A stretch of DNA of 64,000 nucleotides from Prorocentrum cordatum. Taxonomy: Eukaryota. Shown here piece by piece: positions 37,746-49,638 of the stretch. A program made the translations under genes and the position numbers. The stretch is from positions 1 to 64,000 of the forward strand of contig CAUYUJ010000137.1 of NCBI GenBank assembly GCA_963575745.1. Direction: 5' to 3'. The notes under the pieces are model-generated. The model made no database searches, was not told the DNA's origin, and saw only the letters and a program-made list of their open reading frames with translations. Every line of letters starts with the position of its first letter. The stretch's first letter is position 1.

Positions 37746-37879
37746 GCGTTAGTTTCCAACCCTCCTTGGTTGGGTATTCGTTTTGAATAGAGCACCGTGG
37801 TCGCGTCTTCCTCCTCCTCCTCCTCTCGCCTTTTGCCTCTTGCCTCCCGCCCCCCCTCCGTCTTGCCTTGCCTGAGGGG

Positions 37880-39415
37880 AACCTCGAAAGTAGCGAGCCC
37901 ACGAGCAACCCTCGAAAAAGGCGACAATTTCGCAGATCGCAGCCCCCAAGGGACGGCGAGCTACCAGATCCGCGCGGTGCCTCACTCCGCTGGACCCACC
38001 AGCAGCCCTTGAAAGTGGCGACAATTTCGCAGATCGCAGCCACCCAGGGACGGCGAGCTGCCGCTCAGATCCAGGCGGTGCTCCGCTGGACCCACCAGCA
38101 GCCCTCGAATGTGGCGTCAATTTAGCAGATCGCAGCTCCCAGGCAAGGCACGAGAAGACAAGAAGGAGGGGGCGGGAGGCGGGAGGCAGGAGGCGTGAGG
38201 AGGAGGAGGCAAGGCAAGGCAACTCTGGGGTGGTATCACATGTGCCTACCGACTCACACTTTGGAGAAAAAGTTAGTACCTGAGTGGCGTCAAAGATGCA
38301 AATTCCCACAACGGTTGGCGCTGCAGGTGGAACTCACACGGGCCTCGACCCGCCCTGAAATTGGGGAGTACCAGTGAGGGTGGTGGCATCGCCATACTTT
38401 CGCAGCGCCCCAGGGACGGCGAGCTACCGCTCAGATCCGCGCGGTGCCTCACTCCAGACCCACCAACAGCCTTCGAAAACGAAGACAATTTCGCAGATCG
38501 CAGCGCCCCAGGGACGGCGAGCTACAGCTCAGATCCGCACGGTGCCTCACTCCGCCGGACCCACCATAAGCCCTCGGAACTGGCGACGATTTCGCAGATC
38601 GCAGCCCCCAAAGGACGGCGAACTACCGCTAAGATCCGCGCGGTGCCTCACTCCGCCGGACCCACCAGCAGCCCTCAAAAATGGTAACATGTTCACAAAT
38701 CGCAGCCCCCCAGGGACGGCGAGCTACCGTTCAGATCCGCGCGGTGCCTCACCCCGCTGCACCCACCAGCAACCCTCGAACATGGCGACGGTTTCGCAGA
38801 TCGCAGCCCCACAAGGACGGCGAGCTACCGCTCAGATCCGCGCGGTGCCTCACTCCGTTGGGCCCACCAGCAACCCCCGAAAAGGGCGACAATTTCGCAA
38901 ACCGCACCCCCCAGGGACGGCGAGCTACCGTTCAGATCCGCGCGGTGCCTCACTCCGCTGCACCCCCCTAGCAGCCCTCGAAAGTGACAGCAGATTCGCA
39001 TATCGCAACCTTCCAGGGACGGCGAACTACCGCTCAGACCCGCGCGGTGCTTCATTCCGCTGCACCCCCCAGTAGTCCTCGAAAATGGCGACAATTCCGC
39101 AGATCGCAGCCCCCCAGGGACGGCAAAGTACCGTTCAGATCCGCGCGGTGCTTCACTCCGCTGGACCCAGAAGCAGCCTTCGAAAATGGCGACAATTCCG
39201 CAGATCGCAGCGCCCCAGGGACGGCGAGATACCGCTCAGATCCGCGCGGTGCCTCACTCCGCTGGACCCCTTTTTCAGAAGCTTTTGAAAACGGCGACAG
39301 TTTCGCAAATCGCAGCCACACAGGGACGGCGAGCTGCCGCTCAGACCCGTGCGGTGCTCCGCTGGACCTACCAGCAGCCCTCGAATGTGGCGTCAATTTA
39401 GCAGATCGCAGCTCC
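37880..39415. repeat. About 100-bp tandem repeat
   Basis: CAGGGACGGCGAGCTACCGCTCAGATCCGCGCGGTGCCTCACTCC recurs at 38411, 38509, 38609, 38711 and onward. Confidence 0.92.
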
Positions 39416-39540
39416 CAGGCAAGGCAAGAGAAGACAAGAAGGAGGGGGCGGGAGGCAGGAGGCGTGAGGAGGAGGAGGCAAGGCAAGGCAACTCTGGGGT
39501 GGTATCACATGTGCCTACCGACTTACACATTGGAGACAAA

Positions 39541-40581
39541 ATCCCACCAGCCCTTTGGGCGTGAGTGGTTTAGAGAGCCCGCTTTGTTCTCAACCCCCCT
39601 TCTTCCCCTTCGGGGAGGGGTTTACCCCTCCCCCTACCCCCTCCCCCTGGGCCTGGAGAGGTCCCTCCGCGGGTCGCCGGAAGGGTCTTTTTCGACTCCT
39701 CGGAGGGCTAAAAAACGACACCCCTCAGGAGGATTCTGGCCCCGACGGGGGGAGGGAGAAAAGTGCCCCCCCCATCTGCGATCGATCGCCCGACAAATGG
39801 CCCCAAGATTCCTCCCAGACCCCTCCAAGAGGCCTCCAAGAGGCCTCCAAGAGCCCCCAAGAGGCCTCCAAGAGGCCCCCAAGATGCCCCCGAGAGGCGC
39901 CCAAGAGGCCCCAAGAGGCTCCCCCGAGGCACCCAAGACGCTCCTGGAAGCCCCTGGAGCCGCCAAGAGGCCCCCAAGACGCCCCAAACGGCCTCCAAGA
40001 GGCTCCCAAGAGGCCCGAAGAGGCTCCCCCAAGGCACCCCAGACGCTCCTAGAAGCCCCTGGGGCCGCCAAGAGGCCCCGAAGACGCCCCAAAAGGCCTC
40101 CAAGAGGCTCCCAAAACGACTCACACCACGACGAGGGCCCCGAACGACTCACACCACGAGGAGCCCGAACGAGTCACACCAGGAGGAGAGGCCCGAACGA
40201 CTCACACGACGACGAGGGGCCCGAACAACTCACACCACGAGAAGCCCGAACGACTCACACCAGGACGAAGAGCCCGCACGACTCACATCACGAAGAGCCC
40301 GAACGATTCACACCAGGAAGAAGGGCCCGAACGACTCACACCAGGACGAGAAACCCCAAACGACTCAAACCACGAGGAGCGGTTTCTCTCCCTCCTCCTC
40401 CGCCTCGTCCTTCTCCCGCTCCCCCCACAAGGAGGATGTACAAGGAGGCGGGAGGAAGGAGGAACAGGGGAGACATGCGGGGCCAAGCGGACACAAGCCT
40501 GAAAAACACGATTGTCGGCATGCTTCGCAAGAGTTGCTGTTGTGAGATGGGCTGGTGGGGATACGCGAAGCGTAAAGAATT
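39541..40581 (+). mobile_element. Non-autonomous Helitron2/Helentron-like element, copy 2
   Basis: Same termini as 22930-24095; interrupts a host sequence whose uninterrupted paralogue is at 38261-38294. Confidence 0.8.
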
Positions 40582-40807
40582 TGTACTTGCGTGGCGTCAA
40601 ATATGTAGTTTCCCACAACGGTTGGCGCTGCAGGTGGAACTCACACGGGCCCCGGCCCGCCCTGAAACTGGGGAGTGCCAGTGAGGGTGGTGGTGGCACC
40701 GCCATACTTTCGCAAGTAAGCCCCGCTGACATTCGAACTACGACGTTGTTTGGCATGCTGCGTTCGGATCTTGGGCGCAAAACGAATCCTCTCGGCTCCT
40801 GAGACAC

Positions 40808-43800
40808 CTTTTTTATATAACACGTATTGTATAGATGTATAAATGAAACGCCCTCGGAAAGCGAGAAGTCCTGAGGAGCGGAGGGGGGGCAAGCAGCAGC
40901 AGCCGCAGAGCTCGACGACAAGGAAGGATGAAGGAACTCTCCACGCTCGGTAACGCATAAAACCGGGCTGAAGTGTTAAAGGCTGCTGGCACAACTATGC
41001 GCCTCTCTGGGCGCCTTGGTCACTGCAAGAACAAGGGGAAACCGAAGAACGGCATCTTCCGCAAGACTGGCGCTCGAGGGCGACGGTCGAGGAACTGCAT
41101 CCCTTGAGCCAGCCACCGCACGACTGGCACTCGAGGGCGCCGAACTCAGGCCAATCAAAACTGCGTTGAGGGTCACCGTTGCGGTACCTCGACCTTGTTG
41201 AGCTGGATCCTCAAAGCTACTCCCCAATCTACGATCACTCCCACTTTCGCAGCTCATGCCGCGAGCTGCTCCAGGGCTCCGCGAAATGCTGGCCCGTACT
41301 TCCGCTGCCCCACTTCGCTGAAGTAGGCGGTCGGCGCCGCCTCCAACTCGCTGGAGCAATGGTCCACCCCGAAGGTCAAGCGAAACTTTTCTCCCTTCGC
41401 CTCATGATTGCGCGTCGTGCGCACCCGACAGTGGCGCGCCTGGTCGGCGAGCTCGATCACCTGCGCCTTCAAAACCCCCTCGCCCCAGTACTTGTCCAGG
41501 GTCTGTTTCGCGTTGATGATGTCCGCCTGAGGGCCCACGCCCACGGCTTCGATGAGGGCCGCCCAGACGCGGGCGAACGGCGGGCCCGGCGACTCCGCCC
41601 CGGCACCCGCCTTCTTCCTCCTCTGGATTTTCCTGGTGGTAGAGGACCTGTTCGGCGACGACCGCGACCGCGACCTGTTCGGCCACGACCAAAAAAGGCG
41701 ACGAGCACCACTCCGCGTGCGTCTCGAAGTTCTGCCGCGCTGGGCAGGCTCAACCTTCTAAGCGCAATGGCGAGGTTCTGGGGCGCATCTCCAGCTGTTG
41801 CGTTGGCCAGCCATTTGGCCGCCCGAAGTGGGCACAGGGAAATTGGCACAATGCCTAACAACAACGGTTGTCCCAAACCGACTGCGGCCGCTGCTGGGCA
41901 GGTGGCCTTCTGCGTCACATGGGCGCAGGCCGCGGCTGCGCGAACAGCGAGTCCTGTTCAAAATGAGCAGGAACTGCTGTTGGGCATTGCACCTATTCTT
42001 CCTGTACCCATGTTGTTCGCGCAGATGCTCAGCCAGCTTCCGATTCGCCCTCTTGGCCGCTGGCCACGGCCGCCGGGGAGCTGATCGCCTGGCGGGGGGG
42101 GCGCGCGCGACCGCGCCCAGGCCGCGAGCGCGCCGCCCTAGGAGGCCCAGGGAGGTGCTCGCGCAGGCGCAGCTGGCGCTGAGCGAAGTGGCCACCGACA
42201 GAATCACATACCAAACAGTCAACGAGCGCTGGAGGCAGAACACAACAGAGATGACGGACAGCAGGAACTACGAAGAACCCCCTCGTGAGCGGAAGCTGTA
42301 GATGTCGCCGACAAGTCACGCGGCTCGAAAACACCGCGCGACACGAGCAACATTAGTTAACCACTGAAAGAAACCGCCCTAGTTCACGATGCCCGTGTCG
42401 AGCGATGGCATGAGAATGAACTCCCCACTTATCTGATAAGAAGGCCCCGCGCACCGCCCCGTCAGCGCTAGGAAAGCAGCCGCGGCGCGCGCCGCCCTGA
42501 GCAAATGCACGCGGGGGGGCATGACCGGCAGCAGGAACATTCCATTCAGGAGGAGGCACTCGATCCGACAGATTGACTCCCTAGCTGTCGCGCATCAATC
42601 CCCCCAAAATGCTCGATTATCTCTGGGCCCGATATGCAGGGCTGGCAGTGGCGCCCGGGAACCGGAAGGGCAGCCCCCTCATCTATCACAGGCATCGCCT
42701 CGAGATCCTCCCAGGCTCGTTTGGCCCAGGGGTTCGCTAGCGCATCAAGTCCACCTGAGGGGGGGAAGGTGGGGGCAGAGGGCAGGGGGCCGACAAGGGC
42801 AGCAACGACCTGTTTGCGGGAGGAAGGTGCCCCAGGAGCTCTTGGAGGTGCGTGATGCGACGAATCCGAGCCTCAAGCTCAATCAGCACGATGCGCCAAT
42901 GCTTCAAGACCGCTTCATTGCTTAGAGAAACAAGGTGGGGTGATTCAGAGAGCACACAAGCTTCGCTCCTCATCGCTGTTCGGGCACGTTGAGCTACAGC
43001 AGCAGTAAGCCTAGAAATTCGGCTGGAGAAGGCAGGAAGGCTTCGAACTTCGAGCCCTGACAGGGCCGCGTCTATAGATTTTGCCGAGAGGCATGCACCT
43101 GCGCACGCGATGGGGGGCACCTGAAAAAGACCCGAAACTGCCACGAGAGTACCACCCTACGCGCGCAGCCTCCACTCGCGCTCGGCATTCGGAACTCAAT
43201 CGAACCAAAAATCGAAGTAAGGCGATCCTCAAGACTGAAGGCGGCCTGGGGCGCCTTTCCTGGGGTCGCAAATTCACCGGCGCGGGGCGCTTCGAGAGCC
43301 CGCCCCGCGCCCCGGCCAAATATGCCTGCAAGAGTGTCCTTATTGACGAAGTTTTGTCGATGCCCGCGCTGCTCCAGTTCGCACTCTAGGTCAGCGTTGG
43401 AGCTAACGCTGAGGTCGACCAGGCTCTCTAATGCAGAAAAGCGTGCGCCTGCGCACTGTTGTTACATCGTCAGCACACTTGGCGATTGACAGATCCTGCC
43501 AGTCCTGTGATATAGGGCGTCGCACGCGCAAGTGAGCACGACGAGGCCCCCATTGGGTCTGACTGCGTCGCTGCGCATCGACGGCGGGAAGAAAGCAGTG
43601 CACAAAACAAAAACCGAAGAGCAAAAGAGTCGCCCATCAGGCCGCCGCAGCTGGAGCGCAAAGCGACTTCCCGACCCCGCCCGCCCAGAGTCACACACGC
43701 AAGCCGACGCCTGTCTCTGCCTCCAAAAAAGTGACGGCCCAAGGGGGGGATCATTGCGTCAGCGGCATCTTGCATTCCACGCCGCGAACTTGAACCGAAG

Positions 43801-44654
43801 GCATTGCAAAGATCGCGACAATTGGTTAGGCGCTGGCGCCCAGCATTCTGGCGCGCGAATCCGCTGATATTCCGGGCGAAAAGCGTTGCTTCGCGGCGCC
43901 TCCGCGCCACGAAGCCGCGAACCTGATCGCTCACCGCCCCCCGCCCCGCTGAGCCATCGGCCCGCCCGCCCATGTCTTCCCCGCGGGGTCAAGCAACTGG
44001 ATCCACCTGGTTTGGCCCCCCCTTCCGCGGGATCGGCGCGCCGCTGCTGCGACGCCACCGAATTGGGGTGCGCCGCGTGCGTGTGTGTGTGTGCGTGTGT
44101 GCGCGCGTGCGTGTGCGTGTGCGTGTGCGTGTGCGTGTGCGTGTGCGTGTGCGTGTGCGTGTGCGTGTGCGTGTGCGTGTGCGTGTGCGTGTGCGTGTGC
44201 GTGTGCGTGTGCGTGTGCGTGTGCGTGTGCGTGTGCGTGTGCGTGTGCGTGTGCGTGTGCGTGTGCGTGTGCGTGTGCGTGTGCGTGTGCGTGTGCGTGT
44301 GCGTGTGCGTGTGCGCGTGCGTGTGCGTGTGCGCGTGCGCGTGCGTGTGCGTGTGCGTGTGCGTGTGCGTGTGCGTGTGCGTGTGCGTGTGCGTGTGCGT
44401 GTGCGTGTGCGTGTGCGTGTGCGTGTGCGTGTGCGTGTGCGTGTGCGTGTGCGTGTGCGTGTGTGTGCGTGTGCGTGTGAGTGTGCGTGTGCGTGTGCGT
44501 GTGCGTGTGCGTGTGCGTGTGCGTGTGCGTGTGCGTGTGCGTGCGCGTGCGCGCGTGTGCGTGTTGTGCGTGTGCGTTGTGCGTGTGCGTGTTGTGGCGT
44601 GTGCGTGTGCGTGTGCGTGTGCGTGTGCGTGTGCGTGTGCGTGTGCGTGTGCGT

Positions 44655-44753
<99 letters not shown>

Positions 44754-46632
44754 TGGGGGGGCACGCATTAAAACAAAGCTACCATGTAGAGCTTCGCGGA
44801 AGAGGGGCCTCGAGGCGCGCCGTCGAGGTGCCGCGGCCCGCGCGGCGCCTAGCGACTCCACAACTCGGATGACACATCAGCCACCATAGTTCAAGAGGTA
44901 CGGCCCACTCAGGGGCCACTCGACGCTTGCTCGCCCCCCTGAGTCCTCTGCGAAAGCAAGAGTAGTCAGCCGCCGCAGAGATCCTGCGTGCAGGGACTGG
45001 CGGCGGCAACGGCGGGCGAAAAGACAGGCGCTCACTACGCCGCAGCTCCCAATCGTCGATCTCGGTGGCGGCCATGCCGCCCTCGGGGCCTTGCTTCGCG
45101 AACTGCTCAATCAGCTGCTCGGGCGAAAAGACGACCCCGCGCGCCGAGAGGCAGTCCCGCTCTTTGGGCCCGAAGTGCGAGCCCGCGGCCCGCCTGAAGA
45201 GGCGGGGGGACTTAGCCGCGCGCCTCTGCCGCCACAGCTCACGCGCCTCGCCCACGAGCGCGGCGCGTCGGCGCGGACCCTCCGCGGCAAGGTAGGCCCG
45301 ATTCGCCCTGGTGGCCCCCTTGAGAGCCACCGCCACCTCCGCCTCCTGCTCCGCCGTAGGAACATCAGCCAGGAGGAGGCGTATATCGCGTCGTAGAGCA
45401 AATCAGCGAAGCCGTTCATCAGCCACCCGGGAGCAAACACGGCCAGCACCAGCGCCAAAGTGTGATCTGCCCACGTCGCGGAGAAGGGTGTTGAAGTAAT
45501 CGAAGATGTCGTCTGCAGCTTTGCTCCGCAGTAGCTCGGCAACGCGCGATTCATCGTCACGAAAAAGCTCCTCCTGTGCATTCAGAAAGGCAGAGCGGCC
45601 AAGCCCCCCACGGAAACATCTCATGAGCCCGTCGATGTCCCAGCGCAAACGTGGGTCACGAGTGTTGGGACGGTAGGCGGGCTCCAGCACGTAAGGAAAC
45701 ACAGCATGAACGAGCAAATGATATCCCATGGCCTTTTGCGCGGGTCGGCTGGAGTTTGCGGCTGACTCGATGAAGAGGTCCAGCACTCAGCAGGGCCCGA
45801 AAGAGCGCCCCTGGCAAGGCGACCATGTCGATGCAGCTGTTCGCGCCCAAGTTGCCGAAAAACGTGTAGGCGAAGCCGACATGCATGTTTGCCATCTGCA
45901 TGCCGAGGGTGGCAAGGAGCTCGGCAAAGAGCAGCCCAGCAAAATGGCCCCGTGTAGCCGAGGACTCGGGGACAACGTCGCGAGCGTCGAATATCCACTG
46001 GCCCTCCACGCGCTGTAGGCCGACGCCGTCGTTGAGGTCGGTGCTGACGATGGGGGTGCTACGTTGCGGCGCCTTCGAAAGCTGCCCGGCGAGCCAAGTC
46101 AAGAGCAGCTTCACCGTGCGCTCGTAATTGTCTCAGGCCGCTGACGTTCGCGGCCGTGGAGGGAACTAGCACACAAAGACCGACAGGTCGAAGATGCCAT
46201 AGCGAGCTCGGCAGTGCAGGCCACGCCCCCGGAGCCGGGCAGGAGCAGCCTTGCAGCGGATGACGTGCTCAGGTCGAACGCGTCGAACGCGTCGGCCCCA
46301 CAGCACCGCACAGCCACAGGAAGAGTTCGTGAGCGGCGACACCTCCCACCCAGCCTCGTGCAAGGTCCTCGTACCCATACACCTTCGCCGAATGGTCGTG
46401 CCGCGTGTACTCCGTTGTTTCGTGCCCACGTCGAAGTTAGGAGTAGCACCAGCAATATCCTCAAGTCGGTGCCATGAATTCGCAGCCAACGGGTTGTGTG
46501 TCCCGATCGTGACAGGAAACTGCATTGTGGCGGCCAGCCACCCTCCTAACTGCGGCGCACGCATGTGCCGAGGAAGGACGCCACGGATCAGCCAGCTTGC
46601 ATCGCATCTGGGCTGAAATGGCTCGTGCGGGG
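40808..46632 (-). pseudogene. Degenerate APE-RT LINE (LINE C) with a trailing ORF and short A-rich end
   Basis: Ordered minus-strand motifs over many frameshifts: IGTHNP, GCAVL, STDLND, YTFFG..SCIDMV (APE); APEWAVPLELW, TPIRW..PIP, RWIQLLDPAGK, GFVARRRRE, DLCNAFGS, GLMGD, CADDV (RT); ends TATAAAAAA near 40809. Confidence 0.85.
44076..44750. repeat. (GTGCGT)n/(GT)n microsatellite splitting the LINE C RT domain
   Basis: Direct reading; RT motifs on both sides. Confidence 0.95.
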
Positions 46633-47917
46633 GAGGAGGAGGAGGAGGAGGAGGAGGAGGAGGAGGAGGAGGAGGAGGAGGAGAACGAAGACGCGACAGC
46701 GGTGCTCTATTCAAAACGGATACTCAACAAAGGAGGGTTGGAAACTATCACTTGTCCCGCGGTTGAGTGGCATTGTCCTTTGTTTGTCCCGTGGTTGTTC
46801 TGTGGCTCTCCCGTGGTCACCCCGTCCATAGCTGTCCCATTGTTCTTCGGGAATTGCCCCGTGGTTGTCGGGTGGTTGTCCCGTGGAAGTCAATCGGCCC
46901 ACAATAATACTGATGGGGAGGCCAATCAGTTCATAGTGCTCACAATGGATAGATAAATTGATCGGCAGATCGGTAGGTAGGCCACCGTGCCTCGAGACAC
47001 GAGTTGGAATGTCCCAAAATTCGCGAGCATTCTCTGTCGGAACTTGGGGGGTGAGATCGAGGTCAAGTGAGCCAGACGCCTGCACGGCGCATCGGCCCAC
47101 CGGAAACTTGGCGAGACTGTGACACTTTACCTCCTTCGTCCCCTGACCCCAAGAAGCTGTGGAATAGAACATGCAAGCAGCAGAATCGAAACCGCTAGCT
47201 ACGAGCAGGCCGGTCCGGCGGGAGGGGAAGGGAGGAGGAAAGGGGAGGAGGGGCGGAGGACAGAGGGAGCGAGAGGGGGGGGCAGCAGACCCTGGTCGGT
47301 CAGCTGCCTGTAGGCACACTCTGCCCACTGCTCGTTGGGCCTCCCGCAGGAAACACTCTGGCGGGAAGTCGATTCCCCGTGCGCGCGAGGGGGCGAAGAG
47401 GCTGCGTGCGCGGGCGAGAGGAAGGGCCCCGCCGTCGCTGCTGGGCGAGGTGCCGACAACAAAGCACTCCCCCGTCTGGTTGGCGGTCTCGGGGGCGGGG
47501 CTGTGCCGCGGTTGCCCCGGTGGTTCTCCCGGTGGCTGTCCTGATGGCCATCTCGTGGTCGTCCCGACGGTTCTCCCGATGGCTGGCCTGATGGTTGTCC
47601 CGATGGTTGCCCAGATGGCTGTCCAGATGGCTGTCCTGGTGGCTGTCCCGATGCTTGCCTTTTTTCTCCTTGCTCGGAATCACTCCTGGCGCGCCTGATT
47701 ATGCGAGCGCTGCTCACCAAAATCGAGAGCAATGCCACCAGGGAAACAGATGCGATGTTGCACATATTATCTAAATACGCGATGTAAAGAAACTGGAGCC
47801 GGTATACAGCGGTGGTCGCATAGACGGTTCACTGGCGGTGACCAGCTAGCACCGCAAACGAATGGGCGAGTCAGAAGGAAAGGAGGAGAAGGAGGAGGGA
47901 AGGAGACGGTGGAGGTC

Positions 47918-48733
47918 TCACTCACTTGGCATCTTCGGTTTGGTGGCATTTTCGAATCTCATGCTCAGGCCCATCCTGCCCTTCCCAGTGTCCACGCTGA
48001 CCACACGGACCTGAACCTCCCGCCCGACCTTGAGCTCGCGCCTCATGTTTTTCACGATGCCGTCCTTGACCTTCGAGATGTGCACCAGGCCGCTCGCAGT
48101 GGCGTCGCTGCCCGGAGCCTTGATGGCCACGAACGCACCGTAGGAGCGGATGCTCACGACCTCGCCCTTGATCCAGGTGGCCGCGTCGATCCCCTCGAAG
48201 GGGGTCAGATCAACGGGCTCCCTCTCCACACGGGGGCGTGGGGGGCCCTCTCTCATGCTTAAGCTCATCCTGTTGGTCGCGGTGTCACAGCCGATGAGCT
48301 TCACCTTGACCGCATTACCAAGCTTGACGAAGTCGTAAACGCTTTCCACGAAGGCGTCTGCCATCTGAGACACGTGGACCAAGCCAATCCCCTCTTCGCC
48401 GCTGTCCAGGGTGATCTTGACGAACGCGCCGTACGGGGCAATGCTCACGACCCTCCCGAGAAACCACTCCTCGACCTTGCCTGCGAACGGGGTGACGTCG
48501 GTGACGTTACTTCCGCCCTCACTGGGGTCGGCGGCCATCGCAACGAGCAGGCGGGCGCCGCGCGCCTGGCCGAGCGCGGCGGCCGGCAGCCCGCTGCGCG
48601 CCATCGGGCCCGGCCCCCTGGCCGCAGGCAGGAAGCCGAGGGGGCCCTCCAGCACCTTGCACGCGACGGCCAGTGCGAGTGCGGCCGCGAGGCAGGAGCC
48701 TCTGGTCCGCCGGCTGGTCACTGCCGGAGCCAT
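47918..48733 (-). CDS. Two-S1-domain RNA-binding protein with bipartite plastid-targeting leader, 271 aa, intronless
   Basis: Two S1 repeats (GRVVSIAPYGAFV..GLVHVSQM..VKVKL..RMSLSMR and GEVVSIRSYGAFV..GLVHISKV..VQVRV..RMGLSMR); leader MAPAVTSRRTRGSCLAAALALAVAC..GFLP; first ATG after the SL relic. Confidence 0.93.
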   Translation of the reverse strand: MAPAVTSRRTRGSCLAAALALAVACKVLEGPLGFLPAARGPGPMARSGLPAAALGQARGARLLVAMAADPSEGGSNVTDVTPFAGKVEEWFLGRVVSIAPYGAFVKITLDSGEEGIGLVHVSQMADAFVESVYDFVKLGNAVKVKLIGCDTATNRMSLSMREGPPRPRVEREPVDLTPFEGIDAATWIKGEVVSIRSYGAFVAIKAPGSDATASGLVHISKVKDGIVKNMRRELKVGREVQVRVVSVDTGKGRMGLSMRFENATKPKMPSE

Positions 48734-48822
48734 CTCTTCAAAACTAGCCGGGGGGATGGAACAGGTCTCCCCCGGCTGACGCTCCGATGGCTTGGCGCAA
48801 GATCGACTGGGATCGAAGGGGC

Positions 48823-48844
48823 CTTGAACCACAATGGCCACGGA
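48823..48844 (-). other. Dinoflagellate spliced-leader relic
   Basis: TCCGTGGCCATTGTGGTTCAAG, 19/22 match to the SL, 89 nt upstream of the S1 gene ATG. Confidence 0.88.
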
Positions 48845-49638
48845 TTGTCCCGATGGTTGCCTTGATGATCGACCCGATTATCGTCCCAATGGTTGTCCTG
48901 ATGGCTAAACCGATGTTTGTATCGATGGTGTTGTGATGGTTGTCCCGGTGATTTTTCCCTTGGTTTTCCCGTCTGTTGCCCCGATGGTTATCCCGAGTCC
49001 CGATGAATCGGGTCAGATGAAATGCTGTCGGCACCCACGGCACCTCAAGATTTTGACCGACATGCAACAAACCAATCCGCTGGTTGTCTCGATGTTTGTC
49101 CCGATGGAACGATATAGGGAGCGACGGATGGATAAATATATCGATCGATGCACAATGGTATCAGTCGAAATGGTAGTGACTTGATAGTGAGAATGATGAG
49201 GACGGATACCGATTCGATTGGAAATCCGGTCGATATATAGATACTGATACCGACGGGTCAATAACGGCATCAATGGACAAGGGTATCGATACATAGAGAC
49301 AAAGGTCGGTGGGTATACAGTGAAACAGGCAGACCGTGGGATCCGTGGATCTCGGAATCGATGGATCAATCACGCTGCCGATGGCGAAGTATCTAGATGT
49401 ATGAATCGATAGGTCGACGACGCGTTGAAAAATACATGGGCACATGCACATTGAGGCCGCGGAATAGGTATACCGACACAGCTTGTTCGATAGATGGACA
49501 CGGTTGTCCCGATGTTTGTCCCGCCGCTGGTCCCCCCCAGCCTCCTTATCGGCTTTTGGCCAGTGGTCTAGGCATGCAAATAATTTGAGGGAGTTTCTGT
49601 GGAACTCACGTCATCCTCACCCCCGGCGCGAAGAGCAC

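Noticed and set aside
38984..40684. 566-aa ORF
   Set aside because: Reads through the 100-bp array and the non-autonomous element; chance open frame in GC-rich repeats
43886..44889. Cys/Val, His/Thr and Arg/Val-rich ORFs
   Set aside because: Microsatellite translation
46608..46629. Possible decayed SL at the 5' end of LINE C (GCACGAGCCATTTCAGCCCAGA)
   Set aside because: Only about 13/22 matches; the position is suggestive but the match is too weak
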